Below are positions 61,401 to 64,000 of a stretch of 64,000 nucleotides of DNA, piece by piece. A program made the translations under genes and the position numbers. The stretch lies in assembly GCA_030248215.1 (NCBI GenBank), contig JASANG010000864.1:1-64000 (forward strand), written 5' to 3'. The notes beneath the pieces are model-generated. The model was not told the origin of the DNA and ran no database searches. It saw only the letters and a program-made list of their open reading frames with translations. This DNA comes from Enoplolaimus lenunculus. Lineage: Eukaryota. Numbering within the stretch: position 1 is the first letter of the stretch; the number at the start of each line of letters is the position of its first letter.

Positions 61401-63716
61401 AAGATGCACCGACTCTGTGCACTGAATTTTTAATATAACCAATATTATGAATATCTAAAAACATTTGCTAAATTTTTGAATCCAAAAGGAACCCTGAAAC
61501 CTGCCATCCGGACCGGAATAGCCACCCTCATACCCCCGTTTGGGGGGCCCACCCCATAGATGGCCCCCACCTTAACAAGATTTTAAACAAAAAATTTGAA
61601 AAATATTTTAAGCATCGCAAGAAGCCCCTACATCGGAATTGTGGGAGGGCACCCTATAGCCTGCTGAGGCACTACCTACCATATCTATTTGAATATTTGA
61701 GACGAAATTTGCACAAGTTGTTGTTGAAGATGCATGTCGTTTAGTTACTGATCTTCGATTTCAACAAGTCATTTGAGAACCACTCCTACGAACAGCTTCG
61801 TCAACTTTTTACCGAAAATTTTCAGTAGAATTTTACGTTGAACAATTTTTCATTGCTCCCGTTTCCAAAATGTTGTTTCCTCTTCGACCAAATTCTCGTT
61901 ACGCGGAGAAGGTGTTTCGCAAACAGATTTTTTCAAAAAGGTTTAAAAAAACTAAAAAAATGTTCTACAAACTGATGTACAATATTTAGCGTTTTTTTTT
62001 TCATTTTAGGAATATTTATTTCGCCGACCATGGCAAATCGAATTGTATCTCGATTATGAAAATCATATCCGAACGCGTGTTGAATACGACGATATTTTGT
62101 GAACGCGGGTTAAACGTTCGTTCAATGGTGATTGATCAAAAATCTGGGTAAATTGTTTAATTATTCTTTCGTTCATATCAAAGTCAGCGGCGGAAAGTTT
62201 TTCTGTGGGACAAAAAACATATAAGCATAAGCGTTCCACTAAATTTTTGCATAGGCTTAGGCTTAGGCTTAGATAGATATAAGCTCATTCTTACGGAGTA
62301 AGCGTATTAGTGTTACACTAAATTTTTGCGCAGGCATAGGCTTAAGCTTAGGTATAAGCTCATTCTTATGCTTAGGCTTAGGCTTGGGCTTAGGAATATG
62401 CCCATATGACTATTGCGCCCCAGTTGTACACATTGACCAATTATTTAAAGGCTTTGTTATTAGAAACCCTATTCAGACTTGCATGTTTTTGCCACGGGAA
62501 CTTCTTGCTCTTGCAAGACTGCGCCGGTGAGGCTACGATTTGCCAGGTCTCCAAGCACTGGTTGCAGGGGGTACACATTTGAATTGCGCCGTACCCAGTT
62601 TGCCTAGCGGCGAAACCAGAAATTTCTAATGGAGGGATGGGTTCTAATATATACGATGACGCACCTAAACTGCTGTTGAGCTTTTGTGCACCTTGTGACG
62701 TAATCTAAAAGAACGTATCACTCAAGCGTTGGAATCCACTTCAAAATCGAAAACAAGACAATTTCATTCTGGTCTGAGAGTCTACCGCGTGCTGGCGTAT
62801 GCTTCCAATGACATTCATGTAGACGGCCATGTTAAATATTAATGTATAAATTACACTAACCTTTTCTCACATGAATATTTTCTATTTCCCCTGACACCTA
62901 CTTTTATGCTAGGATTCGAACTCCAGTGACTGGAGTGGGAGGCGTATACCATCACCGCTCAGCTATAGGAGCTTGACGCTCGAGCCCGAGGGGGCTCTCA
63001 CGTCTTGTGGTGATTTAGTACTATGCATACGTGTTGCAATTGTTAAACGCAATACGGTATAGATTATTTAACGTATATACACTGCGCTGAGTAGCCTATA
63101 GGCAACTCTATGTGAGAAGAGGTTAAAATCGAAACGATAGTAAAACAAATTACTCCTACCAAAATAGCACCAAAATTGTTTAATCTGTTGTGTACAACAG
63201 TGACAATAAATTTGCGAACGAAACGAGCTAGAAGCTTGGCAAATTTTAGCATTGAAGTCCTTTTGAAATTTGCTAATTTTTTACGTATAAAAAATGGTGG
63301 GCTACAGCTCCATGAGCCCATTTTGGATTCGCCACTGAACAAAGCCAATTGTTTTTCTTAGGAGGAGGGTAATGAACGAAGCCAATTGTTTTTCTTAGGA
63401 GTGGGGGTGTGAACTTTTATAGCGATGAATTATCGCAGTTTACCTTGGAAATTATTTTAATCTAATGTTTACGCAGAATAATGACGTCTATTTTTAGTTA
63501 TTTATACTTTGCTCATTGGAACAATACATCTGCAAATAGTGGTACTTCGTATATCGCTCGGATTGGACAAGACGGTACAGCGTACCGTAACCTAGTTTCA
63601 AAACCGCATGGATTCAGCCTATCACGTCCGTCCGCGTTAGCACTTGACACAAAAGCACAAATGTTGTTTTGGTTTGATTTTGATCCCAATTCCGAATCAA
63701 ACGCCGGCCGATTTTG
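55214..63716 (+). CDS. LDL-receptor/LRP-family protein, 5' part (signal peptide, 3 LDLa, 2 EGF, YWTD beta-propeller); continues past the window
   Basis: Join approx. 55214-55428, 56213(or 56224)-56367, 57499-57615, 58487-58618, 59330-59455, 59682-59828, 60790-61225, 62010-62147, 63498-63716. LDLa six-Cys modules with DC.D.(S/A)DE-type motifs; calcium-binding EGF starts (GINEC, DINEC); AVDWVTRNIYFAD, YLYFAH and [14 protein letters not shown] blades. Confidence 0.9.
56213..56367 (+). CDS. LDLa repeat 1 exon
   Basis: [36 protein letters not shown]; acceptor is either 56213 (phase 2, fits exon 1) or 56224 (phase 1). Confidence 0.9.
56592..56762. repeat. Perfect 19-bp minisatellite, 9 copies (GGCAGGATCGAAATTTTGG)
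   Basis: Direct reading; lies in the LRP intron after LDLa1. Confidence 0.95.
57499..57615 (+). CDS. LDLa repeat 2 exon
   Basis: [36 protein letters not shown], phase 1-1. Confidence 0.93.
58487..58618 (+). CDS. LDLa repeat 3 exon
   Basis: [40 protein letters not shown], phase 1-1. Confidence 0.93.
59330..59455 (+). CDS. EGF-like domain A exon
   Basis: [41 protein letters not shown], phase 1-1. Confidence 0.93.
59682..59828 (+). CDS. EGF-like domain B exon
   Basis: [48 protein letters not shown], phase 1-1. Confidence 0.93.
59848..60056. mobile_element. MITE family B (TIR ACGACAATTCGTCGCCCGAC, CCTAAG-type core)
   Basis: Related copies at approx. 41628-41820, 45470-45640, 46112-46290, 51480-51640, 51875-52055, 53597-53790. 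Confidence 0.7.
60790..61225 (+). CDS. beta-propeller start exon with long Ser/Thr/Asn-rich segment
   Basis: [18 protein letters not shown]...[11 protein letters not shown]; tttcag acceptor, gtatgc donor; phase 1-2. Confidence 0.85.
62010..62147 (+). CDS. YWTD-propeller exon
   Basis: [17 protein letters not shown]...[11 protein letters not shown], phase 2-2. Confidence 0.9.
62900..62972 (-). mobile_element. tRNA-derived sequence (SINE head or LTR relic) in an LRP intron
   Basis: Minus strand GCTCCTA TAGCTGAGCGG (box A) ... GGAGTTCGAATCC (box B); no complete cloverleaf. Confidence 0.6.
63498..63716 (+). CDS. YWTD-propeller exon
   Basis: [27 protein letters not shown]...[18 protein letters not shown], phase 2-2. 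Confidence 0.9.
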
Positions 63717-64000
63717 GTAACGTTTTGTGGCAAAAAACCTGTAGTTGAATAATTAGGCAGGCGTCTGCATTAAAGTGCCTGATTCGCGTTTTCAATGAAC
63801 GTTTGGTAGCGTTTAGAACAGGATCAGAACTTAACACGCAATTTTAGCACTAAATCTGATTACTACTACAAGTTTGCTTATGGTCTTTGTTTGGGAGCAA
63901 GGCTTGAGTACTCGAGTTTGAACCGGCTGTGTATTAACAAATTATGTGTTAAGATTCAAATTGATTTGAAAACTTTAGAAACTGCCCTTTTTGAACTCTC

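Noticed and set aside
25708..63716. beta-catenin next to an LRP as a Wnt-pathway cluster
   Set aside because: The receptor begins with LDLa repeats, unlike the Wnt co-receptor LRP5/6; the adjacency has no demonstrated meaning.

Overview
AT-rich eukaryotic genomic DNA, dense in small repeats, from an invertebrate (a tunicate is my low-confidence guess). Two spliced plus-strand genes can be reconstructed by hand. (1) A complete 15-coding-exon beta-catenin/armadillo-family gene (25708-34612, 725 aa; every junction GT-AG and phase-consistent). It is strongly diverged: the N-terminal GSK3/CK1 phosphodegron has decayed to DTGFDP, and the K312 'charged button' is Gln. (2) The 5' part of an LDL-receptor/LRP-family gene (55214 to beyond the window end): signal peptide, 3 LDLa modules, 2 EGF modules and a degenerate YWTD propeller. 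The rest is non-coding and dominated by families of non-autonomous DNA transposons (MITEs) and tandem repeats. The most striking mobile element is a 619-bp miniature LTR retrotransposon (TRIM, 20700-21318). It has TG..CA LTRs, a PBS, a PPT and a 5-bp TSD, and each LTR carries a 72-nt tRNA-like Pol III unit whose acceptor stem matches the element's own PBS. Almost all ORFs in the supplied track outside the two genes are repeat-derived artefacts.
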